From Octopus sinensis (taxonomy: Eukaryota): 64,000 nucleotides of DNA. The translations under genes and the position numbers were made by a program. The notes under the pieces were generated by a model. That model saw nothing but the letters and a program-made list of their open reading frames with translations. It was not told the DNA's origin and did no database searches. This document shows, piece after piece, positions 25,401-37,757 of the stretch. Location: NCBI RefSeq assembly GCF_006345805.1, contig NC_043006.1, positions 55,180,001 through 55,244,000 of the forward strand. Direction: 5' to 3'. The stretch's first letter is position 1. Each line of letters starts with the position of its first letter.

Positions 25401-25551
25401 CATTTTAAGGAGGGGAAAAAAATTTTTCCAATATTCTCCAGACATTTTGACGCAAATATATATATTTTTTAACATTTAAGCCTTCTGTCGTTTTTTTCAC
25501 TCTTTACTATTTTCTTATATATTCACCCACGTGCTTTACCAAACAACTTTC

Positions 25552-25636
<85 letters not shown>

Positions 25637-25842
25637 ATATATATATATATCTATATATATATAATAGTATATATATCGGAGTTGCCCACTTCGACATGGC
25701 TGTCCGCTTGAGGAGATGGCTTCTTGGGTTAAAAAATCGCAGTAAAGGACAGTCGTGTTGAATTGCTACGAACATTACTTGATATTACTTGATTGCGTTG
25801 ATCTCTTAAAGAGGTTTTAAAAACTAGCATTTTAACTTTTAT

Positions 25843-25889
<47 letters not shown>

Positions 25890-26507
25890 ACCCGCCTCCT
25901 CTATCCTCTCTTCCTCTCACACCTATTTCCTCCCACCCACCTCTCATCTCTTGCTCTGGCACCTAATTCCTCTCTTCACTCCTACCCACCTTCATCCTTC
26001 CACCCTCTCCTTTCATCGTCACCCCTTCCTCGTTACCCCACTCTACACATTCCAACCCTACCATCCCTATACATCCTATCCCATTCCCACCCCATCCCTT
26101 AGTCTCCACCTTTGCTACCCCCACTCTCGCCTCCCCACACCACACCACACCACACTACACCACACATCACCACATCACACTACCTCGGACACAACAGCAC
26201 TGACCACTTTCCAGCACCCACACCATCGCACACACTAGCACTGACCACTTTCCAGCACCTACACCATCATCCACACACCTACATATGCACGCACGCACGC
26301 ACACGTCAAGATCACCAGCTCCCTTCTACACGCACATACACGCTCTCACATACACATGCACGCGCACCTTCGTTTTGGGATAACCACTACTTTATTATCT
26401 CCCCTTCTTCCTAGCTCTCCTGTGTGACCCCTCTGTCCGGCATTTGCCATGATAGATCGCTAGCCACTAAAACGTTTCTATTTCTCTCCCTGTTTATTTC
26501 TGTGTTC

Positions 26508-26545
26508 CTTTCTGTCGAAGAGCGTAGGCTCGAAACGTAAAAGAC
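26508..26545 (+). ncRNA. hammerhead-like motif with variant core
   Basis: cttt-CTGTCGA-a-gagc gtag gctc-GAAAC-GTA-aaag; all three helices form but A6 is replaced by U. Confidence 0.5.
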
Positions 26546-27551
26546 TTTCTCACTTCCCGAGTGTTAAACTATTACATCTGTTTGTTGTTTACACACCCGT
26601 CTTTTGTTTTTTTGTAAATTCTCACAATATATATGTGTGTGTATGTTTATGTATATATGTATGTATACACTCACACGTACATATATACACGTACACCCTC
26701 CCTCGCACACACACAAAGTGTTGTGTGTCTCTGTAGTGCAACCTATGGTCAAAAACATTCCAACCGTGACGAACACAACTTTTTCGTAAGTGCAAGAAAC
26801 TCAAAGATAACATTAGCAATATTTTTTTCTAAAAGAGACATGGCTAATATTTCTTGGAGATTAGATGGCTATGTAGGGGCTCTTTTTCTTCGTTGACTCT
26901 CGGTGTCTGTGAATACACCGGTTTACACCGGTGTGTAGAGTTGCGTCTCTTTAAGCTAGTCGTTGGATAATGATCGATAAAATATCTATTGGAGTGAATT
27001 AAGTATTAGGGTAAAAACGAAGAGCTAAAACTTCCGTAGCTTGTACTACAGCATAGCCACAGTCAGAATCATATATCAATTGAAGAAGAAAATAAGTACA
27101 AATATGAAGTGAAGTAAATGTTTATATATTGAATATAAAAGAACAGATTTTATATAATATGGCGAATGTCTTGCGTTTATGTACATCATGTGCTTCTATT
27201 AAATGTAATAAGCACTCAGTTACTTAATGCACTCGTCAGAAACTATATAATAAAACTTATTTTCATTTGAAATTCCATAAATTGTCGTGCAATCACAAAA
27301 TGTTGGAAAATTTTTATGTCGCGAGCTGTTTCTGAAATAACTTAATGAGACAAATAAGCTAATACATTAGAGATACGTTTATTGCTTACTCATAACACCT
27401 TATTAGAGAAGACAAGTAAATTAAGCGAAATACGTTCGATGCTTACCAGTTTGAAATTATTGAATAGAAATGCGATGAATTTATTCTAAAGACATCGGTA
27501 ATGAGAAAATATTTTAGAAAACACTGGCATTCCAAAAGAGAAACTTCGTTA

Positions 27552-27838
27552 TCTTTTAACTTTTACTTGTTTTAGTCATTTGACTGCGGCCATGCTGGGG
27601 CACCGCCTTGAAAGTGATGTACTGAAGCTGGACAAATCGAAACCAGTATTTAATTTTAAGTCAGATACATATTTTAAAGCCTGTCAGTCTTTTTTGCTGA
27701 ATCGCTAAGTTACGATAACGTAAGCAAATCAACACCAGTTGTGAAGTGCTGTGTGTGGGGCAAACCCAAAGGTACACACACAAAAACATATACATACATG
27801 CATACATACATACATACATACATACATACATACATACA

Positions 27839-27871
<33 letters not shown>

Positions 27872-28140
27872 TCATACATTCATATATGCATACATACATA
27901 CAAACGTACATATGCATACAAACATATACATACAAACATATATTCATACATACATACATATACATACGAACATATACATACATGCATATATAGATACATA
28001 CATACATACTCACTCATAAACATATACACACATATATATGACTAGCTTCCACGTAGTTTCCATCTATCACACAGTGAGATTGAACTAGAAACTTGTGATT
28101 GCTAAGTGAGCTTCTTAATCGGATAGCCACGCCTGCACCT
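27552..28140 (-). mobile_element. tRNA-derived SINE with internal (TACA)n microsatellite and CR1-like tail
   Basis: tRNA-like head at about 28070-28140, microsatellite at about 27790-28040, tail ggcggtgccccagcatggccgcagtcaaatgactaaaacaagtaaaa at 27560-27610. Related copy at about 49520-50512. Confidence 0.75.
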
Positions 28141-28475
28141 ACCGAGTTATGGAATAGTATCACGGTTACGTGGTTTCAGATTCGCTCCTCTCGCCCAGCA
28201 AATTGTGGCTATGGTAGATGTTGCGGTGGAATCCGAACACCTCCATTAATGGATAAATGGACGGTTCTGAAATGTACAAATACGCATGCATGCAGGAGAT
28301 ATCAGAAGGGTGTCATATGCTGGTGAGTTTGCAGTTGATTTTTTGTGTGCCATATTATATCGTTTATTGCTGTTAATGTTGAACCTATGTTGTTGAATTG
28401 TTATCTGGAAAAATTATTTACGGGGGTAGGATTCGAAACTTTAAACTATTGTTTTTTGTAAACTGTTGTATTGCC

Positions 28476-29375
28476 ATGGAGGTCAATAACAACAGTGAGA
28501 AGAGAAACTATGCGGAAGTCACCAATGTGGTGTACAAAAATGTAAACGTACCCAGAACGGACTTTCAGGTATGTCATGTCATGCTCACAGTGGGTGGGGG
28601 AGATGTTCGCGTCTCACCACCAAGGGAAGTCACCAATCAAAGAGATAACAGGACCATCGTCTATAAATGCTTTGACGTAACGGAAAAAAAGATTGCAATA
28701 TTGGAGAAGGAAAAAATTGAAAAGTGCCTCGGGTCACTTTGGAATGATATTACTTACATGACCCGAAGCAAAAGGTTTGCCTCCATAGTGGTGCGCTTTG
28801 AGGACGCAGAAACGGCAAGGGGATGCCGTGGCGGAAGATGCACAAATTTGCGCTGAGGCTTAGGCATCTCTGGCGTCACCTTGATGGTGAGCAGCTGTGG
28901 TAACCGCTCGTGAAGTTCTTCTTTCCACAGTTAACCTTCCTTTGGGATTTAGGTCCATGGATCAGGCAAAGACCTAGGCAATTGTAGAGTCGGCAGGCAT
29001 TCGGGCTTCTCTATCGGGCGGGCAATGCTGGCAATTGGAGTTCCACCGCGACTTTTATAACGTGTTAGTTGAACACATATCCGACGATGTCCTGGGAGAG
29101 ACTCTGGCTTCGACTGAAATGAGTTGGTCAACCTGTTCGGGAGGACTTTCAGGTTGGAATATCTGGATAATAACCAGAAATCCCTGGCCTGGTTGTGCTA
29201 CCGATCGGCTTTACTTGTTCGAGAGAGGTTGTCGAGGCACGGTAGTTCCATCCCGTCAACATACCCGAGGTGCGGGTGGGACAGTGAAACATTTCTGCAC
29301 GCCTTCGTGGAGTGTGCGGAGTTAAAGGGATTGATAAGCTATGTCGAACAACTGTAGTCAACGAAAAGACGAGAA
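28476..29375 (+). mobile_element. internally deleted L1/Tx1-like LINE (ORF1 5' part joined to ORF2 3' end)
   Basis: ORF1-like MEVNNNSEKRNYAEV...ASIVVRFEDAETA. 29040-29310 is similar by eye to 53090-53360 (SLAWLCYRSAL.VRERL.RHG...PRCG..SETFLHA). Confidence 0.7.
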
Positions 29376-29399
29376 CAGCTGTCTATATATAACCACTAC

Positions 29400-31910
29400 C
29401 GTTTCTTCAGCCACATTAAAAGACCCTGGAACTAACGTTTGCTGTGGTCATTGTTTGATCATCCACTGTTTTTCCTTGGCTCTAAATTTCTGACAGAATT
29501 TCCACAAACAGACGATGCATTTTTCTGAAAAATGAGGAAAATTGCAAAATTTGTGGAGTTTGGGTATTTTGAAATCTAGGCATGACAATTCAGCATTTCA
29601 AAAAATCTTCAAACCAAGTAAAATGTCCTGACAATAAAATACCTGCTGGGTTGTGTAATTAAAATTGTTAAATGATTTCAAATGTTTGTCTTGCTCACCT
29701 TCATCACAAGGTATTGATTGCCCCAGGGATTCAGTGGAAAATAACTGCTCAAGGTACCATTCACTGGGATTGAACCCAAATCCATATGACTGATTTTCAA
29801 CCATAACTTTTACCAATTTCCACGTCGGTGAAATCCGTAAGTTTGCTAACATGAGTTAAGTCCCCCGTCTAGCAATGGCGCAAAAGAAAACATAGGGTAC
29901 ATTTTTAGATTAACACCCGCATGATTTTCACTAAGAAAAAGAAAAACTCGGATTTTTGCGTGGAATCATGTTCCCTCACCGCCTAATATGCTGCAAATCT
30001 CGTATTTTGGTTCGGAAAAAAGTGGGGTAGGGCGAGAGAGGGGATCCCGGAATCATTTGAAATATTTGTTTTTTCGTTGAATGAATACCTGTGACCTCCT
30101 AATATGTTACAAAACCCTTTTTGTTATCCGAAAAACGGGGTGGGGTTAGGTGGAAGCCTCGGAAATTTTACCCACTCCTAACGTTTTACAGAAATAAATT
30201 TTCCAGATTGTGAATTACATGGTTCATTATTAAATATTTAGTAATGGAAGGCAAGGTTTACGATATGGAAGAATACCGTTTCCTTCCATCATTCTTTTTG
30301 TTCTTTACGTAGTTCAGGCTTTCGGCAGGCGAAGAGAAAATACTTCAAGTACAACTGCTATTTACAACTGGTTTATTTACAGGAAAAGTGAAGTGTTCTG
30401 CTCTCAGCTACCACCTTAAGCTCCGATAGTGTGGGCGCATAGCCACTGGAGATAGACAGACAGAAAGCTCCGCCAGTGTTGGTGTTCAGCCAATGCCAAA
30501 AGAGAAAAGACAGGACTGAATCGGTTTTCCGTCTACATTGTTTCCATCGTGAGCCTCGTGTTCTCGTGCATGGCAAAATGGATGCAGGTGAGGTCTCGCT
30601 CCAGTCTCAGAGATGGCAATGGCTGCCGTGAGATCTCATCCAATATGGTCATGGCCAGTCCTGGTGACATAAGGTTTGCTCGTGTTAGGCAGTGGCGACG
30701 AAGGTGTAGGTGTAGGTGATGGCGTTGTCGTAGGTGCATGTGCAGGTGGATGTGTAGGTAATTGTAAAGGATCAAGGTAGATTAATTTTTTGTTTTGTCT
30801 TCTGTCAGAGGAGAAAAGAAATGGACAAAAAAAAAAAAAAACCGGCAAAAAGTGTTGTTGCAAATAATAGCGTGTGTGCGAGAAAAAAAAAAATTCTGAG
30901 CAAAATTTATAGAATTGAGTACTGAATGCACAGAAAAGAAAAAAATTCGTCGCTAAACCTGCTTTTTTACCCTTTCATTTTCTTTTAACACAAAAAAAAA
31001 TGCGAAAAGAAAAACACTGTAATGGTGTATGTGATTGTACCAATAAATATTTTTTTCCGTTTGTCAGTTAAGTCCTGTTTCCACGTGGAGCAATTCAAAT
31101 ATGGCGGCAGGAACGATGACTTGAAGGTGATGGTCGTCTTACTAGAAGTTGATTCGGCTGAGGCATTTTATAATGATTTGGTTCAGGCATTTTATAATGC
31201 GATAACAGTTTGTGGCTGTCGAAAAACCTTTTCTACGTCAGGGTCTCCATTTTTGGTAATGGAAGTCAAGGTTTACGATATTGGAAGAATATCGTCTCCT
31301 TCCAACATTCTTTTTGTTCTTTATGTAGTTCAGGCTTTCGGCAGGCGAAGAGGAAAGACTTCAAGTACAACTGCTATTTACAACTGGTTTATTTACAGGA
31401 AAGGGTGAAGATTTTTAGGGAATTCCTCATGGTGACTCTGGGGATACTGCAAATTTATGCTCATATTTGCTGTCAACTTTTGAAAGTTCTCCAGCATGTT
31501 TGAACTATTTCAGCATAACTGGTTGCTTTCTTGTTTTCCAGAAAGTTATTTACAACTATTACAAATAAGTTTCATGTTTTATGTTCCCATCTTTCATGAA
31601 TTTTCTGATTTGAGGCTCATCAAATACTCCAGCATTTATCTTTTTGCTGCTCAGACTGGGAAATATGCTGCAAATATAGTGAAAACATGTTCTGTCTTTA
31701 TCCAGAACTTCAGCAATCTGCTTCATAATACCAAGTTTGATATGGATTTGAGGAAGATATTTTTTTAACCAGTTGAAATAAAGGCTCTTCAGCCACATTA
31801 AAAGATACTGGAAGTAATGTTTGTTGTGGCCAATCTTTGATGATCCAATGTTTTTCCTTGGCTCTTAATTTCTGACTGAATTTCCAAAAATAGATGATCC
31901 ATTTTATTTT
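29400..31910 (-). mobile_element. two diverged Chapaev3-like (CMC) transposon remnants
   Basis: ORF 31559-31798 PQIHIKLGIMKQ..VLDK..CFHY...INAGVFDEPQIRK, then NMSINLQYPQSH. Duplicated blocks 29403-29525 vs 31786-31905 and 30243-30390 vs 31257-31410. Family assignment is from recalled LH and H-x4-H motifs. Confidence 0.65.
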
Positions 31911-32369
31911 ATATTATTATTTAATTGAACACCACGCATCCATTTCCAAGTAAGTTTATATTAACCTTTTAGATGCGACTCTACTCTATACTATTTTCTT
32001 CCCCATCCTTCTTTAATTCCCTTTTTCTCCTCTTCACCGCATTCTATCTGTCTCTCTCTCTTTCTCTCTGTCTCCCTCTTTCTCTTTTTCTTTCTCTCGT
32101 TGTTCACACGTCCTATTTTTGTTCCTAACTTTGACCCTCCATAAATCCAAAATATAATTTTGGCATTTATGGGAGCAACAGTCTTTGAATACTCATATTG
32201 TTGTTGAATACTCGAAATCAGGAGTAGATAGACAGCTGACAACTAATGAAGGGTGGTTCTCTGTGTTTACTTGTCTTGTTTTCCGTTTCTTTCTCTCGTT
32301 GTTTGCGTATTTAACTCGTTTGTTTTCGTACTTCATGTTGTTTACACAGTTGGTGACGTCCTGTATCCA

Positions 32370-32690
32370 TATATGCATACATATATATATATTATTTATA
32401 TCATATACATACACACACACAACACACACACACATATATATATATACATATATACATGTATATATATATATATACATATATATATGCATATATACATATA
32501 TATACATATATACATATATATATATATACATATATATACATATATACATATATATACACATATATACATATACATATATACATATATACACACATTTATA
32601 CATATATATATATACATATATACATATATATATATATACACACACACATATATATATATAAATATATATACATATATATATACATATGTA
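32370..32690. repeat. compound (TA)/(TACA)/(CA) microsatellite (representative of many in the window)
   Basis: Direct reading. Similar tracts occur at 5493-5600, 6213-6410, 12503-12845, 34190-34445, 58068-58312, 63043-63145 and 63312-63405. Confidence 0.97.
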
Positions 32691-33119
32691 TGTATATTAC
32701 GGTCTACGAGGCTCTTCATGTGTGTTTATTGAACTCTCGCGGTCGTTACACTATATGTATGTGTATGTTTTATGTGAGTGTACGTGTTTGCGTTTCTGTG
32801 AGTGTGTGCCTGGGTATGTGTGTGAGTGTGTGCGTGTGTGTGTGAAAGAGAGGAAGCTGTCTCATTTTGCTAAGATCTTTGACTATTTATATTTTTCAAT
32901 TTCAAAGAAACCAATTTTGAAAAGCCGAACACTACTGTAATCTATTTATTAACTCTAATCTGCTTACTAAATTTATGATAATCAAAACTTAATTAAATTA
33001 TTTAAATTTCTTCTCAATTTCTTCCTGGATTACAAATCCGTCTTTGCAAAAAGAAAAAAAAAATGCAAAATTTTACTGCAATAACTGAGTCCAAGATATC
33101 AACTTGAGCTCTGTTTTCA

Positions 33120-33475
33120 TGCTTTGCCGCCAAAGTAAAATATCTTTCAAACATCAATATATCACGCTTCAGATCCAGCTACTGCAACAGCCTGGGTTTC
33201 AAGGGGCCACAGCTTTTTAATATTCTCCCAAAGAGTCTGAGGAACTTGCACAAAGTAGATGTAGCGGTTTTTAAATCAAAGATGGACATCTTCCTGTCGA
33301 GAGTCCCAGATGAACCTACCTCACGGCAAGAAGTGCAAATGAGAGTAGCTATATCAAACTCCATTCTTCACCAAGTGCCACATATTAGAGGAGGCTCTTC
33401 GTAATAACAGTGTAGCACAAAACGGTGGTGCATCAGTATGGCCGCAGCTCTGAGCTGAAACAAGAAAAATGAAAA
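33120..33475 (+). mobile_element. CR1-like LINE 3' end with 3' UTR
   Basis: Reads NSLGFKGPQLFNILPKSLRNL...FKSKMDIFLSRVPDEP, then UTR ggtggtgcatcagtatggccgcagctctgagctgaaacaag. Confidence 0.85.
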
Positions 33476-33926
33476 ACGAAAACGAAAATATGATTGTGTA
33501 AATTGCATTCATACATTGCTACCTGATACAAAGACGAGTAACGTGTTTTTATGGCTTCGGAAGAGGAGGGATACCAGCATCCATAACTGGTATAGGACGT
33601 TTTTTGTGACCTGGGTAAGACACAAAACTGCAACCGAAGGTGAAGCTCAAGTTCGGGAGAACAGGAGTTATGGGGAGCATGGAGACACCCCTTAGTTGCC
33701 ATTTCTCCCAGGTCCGCTCTGGCCCGGAGTGGTAGCACCTGTTAGGGCTCCAACAATGGGTAAAAACTGGATCCTCCTCTGCTGCCTTGCAGGATACCTC
33801 TTTAGACTAAGGCTACAAGAAGGAATCTTCAAGTCCTCAACGACATCTATGTCTCTCAATGGGTGTGACAGCAAAAGAAGGTTATGCCAAGCGGGCTGGC
33901 TACAACAAGGCGTGGCCTAAAAGAAC

Positions 33927-34026
33927 NNNNNNNNNNNNNNNNNNNNNNNNNNNNNNNNNNNNNNNNNNNNNNNNNNNNNNNNNNNNNNNNNNNNNNNNNN
34001 NNNNNNNNNNNNNNNNNNNNNNNNNN
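33927..34026. other. assembly gap (100 N)
   Basis: Run of N. Confidence 0.99.
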
Positions 34027-34212
34027 CGCTGTTAACCCAAACGATATAATATCTAATTAACGTAAGTGGAGAAATGTCAGCTTCTAGCCTTTAATATATA
34101 ACATTGTTAATTCCATTTATGACACAATCGTGTCTCAATCAAATCAGGGTGGTGGGGAAGAATCGCGAGAGTACTGGAACGTGTATATCTATCTATCTAT
34201 CATCTATCTATC

Positions 34213-34264
<52 letters not shown>

Positions 34265-34266
34265 AT

Positions 34267-34376
<110 letters not shown>

Positions 34377-34643
34377 ATATATATATAATATATATATATC
34401 TATATATATATATCTATATATATATATATATATACATACATATATAATTAAATAATAAGGGTAGAAATTGATATTAATCAATTAAAACCAGTGGGTAGCA
34501 TATTAAAAAAAATCCGAAGATTAAAAATTGTGTTACATCACCACGAAGAATGTGTTCTCAAGAGAACACATTCTTCGTGGTTATGGCGATTTGACGTCTA
34601 TGTTTAGCATAGTGGTAATTCCTCTAAATTTTGTATATATATA

Positions 34644-34678
<35 letters not shown>

Positions 34679-34772
34679 GCATATATATATATATATAGTT
34701 AGGTTATATTCTGTTAAGAACGTAATAGAGTACAGTATAAAGCTTGTCAACTTATTCGATTATATATATATA

Positions 34773-34980
34773 CTAGTAGCTAAGACCGGTTTCACCCGGT
34801 CGGTTTGGGTGATGTGGCTGTAAAACCTACTCTATGTAAGTATTCGACTTGTTTCGGCACGCTTACGTTAAAAAAACAATTTTAGAATGACTTTATTCTG
34901 TAAAAACGCTAAAAATAACTGATCAACAAAAAAACAACAACCAAGATTTAAAAAAATAAAAAAAATAAACTCAAATACTA
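34773..34980 (-). mobile_element. non-autonomous Helitron-type 3' terminus
   Basis: Hairpin gaccgg-tttcac-ccggtc (34784-34801) lies 7 nt from CTAG|T (34773-34776) on the minus strand, next to a TA tract. Confidence 0.55.
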
Positions 34981-35456
34981 AGCGAACAAAGATGAACCAT
35001 CACACTTCTATTGCGCGCGCACACGCACACGCACACGCACACGCACACAAACACACACACGCACACAAACACACAAACATGCACACACACACACGCACAT
35101 ACACACACACACACGCACACACACACACACGCACACATACATTCACATACCCCTTTTACATAAACACATATATTCACAGAGTTGAAACGCTGTTTGATTT
35201 ATTTTTCAGCGTACAATTTTCATCATCCCACTACCAAGTATGATATCACCCCTTCCTTCCTTATTCATCTATCACCCCTTCCTTTCTCATTCATAAACAC
35301 AAGAGTATTATTATAGTAGATCATCTCGATAACCATGGGAGCTATGAAAAGTACAAAACCCATCATCACCACATCTGTGTAATTTCTCACGCAATTCCAC
35401 CGAGCTGTTTGACCGTGAATCCCAAGACAAGAAAGAATCGCCCATCTCAAATGTAT

Positions 35457-35538
<82 letters not shown>

Positions 35539-35540
<2 letters not shown>

Positions 35541-35744
35541 AGGCGCAATGGTTCCACGAGGCTCCGGCAGGAGGTGGTAGCGATCCCTGCTGTACTCTTT
35601 CGCCGCAACTTTCTCTCACTCTTTCTTCTGTTGGCTTGCTCGCTTAGCCAGCGGGGTGGCGTCATTTGAAGGCTAAAACAATGCTAAGCGCATTGTGACC
35701 AGCGATGTGCAGCAACATCTGATAGCCTGGTCGGTAACGTGATC
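35539..35744 (+). mobile_element. OR-type SINE variant with deleted head and alternative 3' tail
   Basis: ggaggcgcaatgg joined to ccacgaggctccggcag and a body shared with 4479-4867; after ctcactctt the sequence is unrelated to that copy. Confidence 0.75.
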
Positions 35745-35749
35745 TCCTG

Positions 35750-35780
<31 letters not shown>

Positions 35781-35892
35781 CTGTGTAAAGTTTATAGCTT
35801 AGAGATAGGTATTATCTGTATAGAATACACTTCGTAGTGCTCAACAGATTTGAACTTGAACAGATAGATGAGTAAATATAAAGACAAGCACG

Positions 35893-37170
35893 TTAGGCTT
35901 GTCGATATAAAAATAAATAAATAAATACATTTAATACAGAAAATGTACATATGTATGTATATAAAAAAGTTCGACTTATACAGAATGGAAAGTCCGACTT
36001 ACATAGAATGGAAATAAGGAGAATGAGTAGGAGTTTACGAGTCCAACAGCTGTTTCTGTGGGTTTTGTGGTCCAAAATAATGCTTGTTGCTTGATTCCAT
36101 CATCAGATACTACCAGCCTTCGTCTTCTGGGAAGAATTTTACATTTGAGGTGTTGACAGAATGGAGATTAAAGATGAAATGGTTTTGTGGAGAACTAAGT
36201 GTATTAGAAAGATGAGTTGGGGGAGGTGTTTAGATCGAGAGTAGTGGGAGGAGAAAATAGATTTTGGGGTTAAGGTTAATAATGAGGCTAGTGAGAGTAG
36301 TAGAGGTTGAAGGTGAGAGGGAGGAGGAAGGGTGGTTTAGCTAGTATGTGAATGATGACCTTTGTGTTAGTTTGTATGAAGGCTGTAGGGTTAAAGGTTG
36401 AGATAGAGAAACAGGCATGGTTATAATTTGAGGGAAATGAGTTGACTGGTTCAGTAGCTGGAGGGTGAGAAGGTGGTCAAAAGTAGTTGTTAGTGGGATA
36501 AAGGAACTCTGTTGGTATTGGAGGGGGTGGAGTGGGTTCTTATGGTCAATAGAGGAGTATGGAATTGAATAGAGGGGTGTGAGTAGGGAGGGAGTAGAGG
36601 TAGATTGGTTAGTCTTCAAAGAGGTGGGGTATTGTTAAGTACTTTTTAAGACTGGTGAAGGCTAACAGTAGTTGATTTGAAGAATTTGGAAGAAATTGGA
36701 GGTGTGTATGAGAGGGAGTAGGAGGGGTTAGTATTTTTAAGTAGTAGGTTACAAGGCTGACTGTCTTGGTTTATGGTTTATTTAGTATAGAAACTTATTA
36801 TGGGATTATATAGATTTGGTGAAGTGTGTGAAAGATGAGTAGTACCTGTGTTTACAAGAATAAATAACAGAGTCTATTTAAGTAATGAGGAATCATGAAG
36901 ACGAAAAATGGTTAACAATTCATTTAAACATAACTTACACTTGCCGATATTTGCATTGTATGGAGGAACTTCGCTTATTATGGACCAGAATAGTATGGAT
37001 TATTTGGGGATTTGAGGTTGTGCATATACGTTGCTAAGGAGGTTGACGATTTAGCATTTGGATGTGTAAGTCCAACTTTTTTAATATATACATTTGTAAA
37101 TTTCTTGTATTTAATGTATTTAATATTTTTTGTATATCGACTTGGCTAACTTATTTGTCCTTACATTTAC
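35893..37170. mobile_element. decayed PLE-like segment with diverged inverted ends and a hammerhead remnant
   Basis: 35893-35980 is a diverged reverse complement of 37065-37150. On the minus strand, CTGATGA...GAAAC-AGCT-GTT occurs at 36040-36110. Confidence 0.55.
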
Positions 37171-37174
37171 TCCC

Positions 37175-37245
<71 letters not shown>

Positions 37246-37423
37246 GTGTGACGTATTCGTTGCCACGTAGTGGTGTAGTTAATCTTCCCGCATGGTTTAG
37301 TGGTTAATGTGTTGCACTCATGATTGCGAGATCGAAGTTTCGGTTTCCAGATCGGTAGCTGCAATATGTTTTTCAGCAAAACACTTCATTTCACGTTGCT
37401 CTGTGATCCTTCCGTTGTCTGAC

Positions 37424-37543
37424 ACGTTATACGTCGTGCACATGTAGAGGTAATATTTTGATTACTATAAACAAATCAACTGTGTGGTTGTTCAGCAAGA
37501 AATTGCAGAACCATCGTAAGTCATCTAACGACGTGAGAATCCA

Positions 37544-37579
<36 letters not shown>

Positions 37580-37697
37580 TGGATTCTCACGTCGTTAGAT
37601 GACTTACGATGGTTCTGCAATTTCTTGCTGAACAACCACACAGTTGATTTGTTTACAGTAATCAAAATATTACCTCTACATGTGCACGACGTATAAC

Positions 37698-37699
<2 letters not shown>
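37424..37699. repeat. 276-bp near-perfect palindrome centred on (TA)n
   Basis: Arms of about 122 bp differ at one position seen (actataaac vs actgtaaac). The left arm is the 3' part of a tRNA-derived SINE starting near 37275. Confidence 0.95.

Positions 37700-37757
<58 letters not shown>

Noticed and set aside
30390-30780. GC-richer block with short Pro/Thr-rich ORFs as a possible host exon
   Set aside because: No consistent frame, splice sites or recognisable domain.
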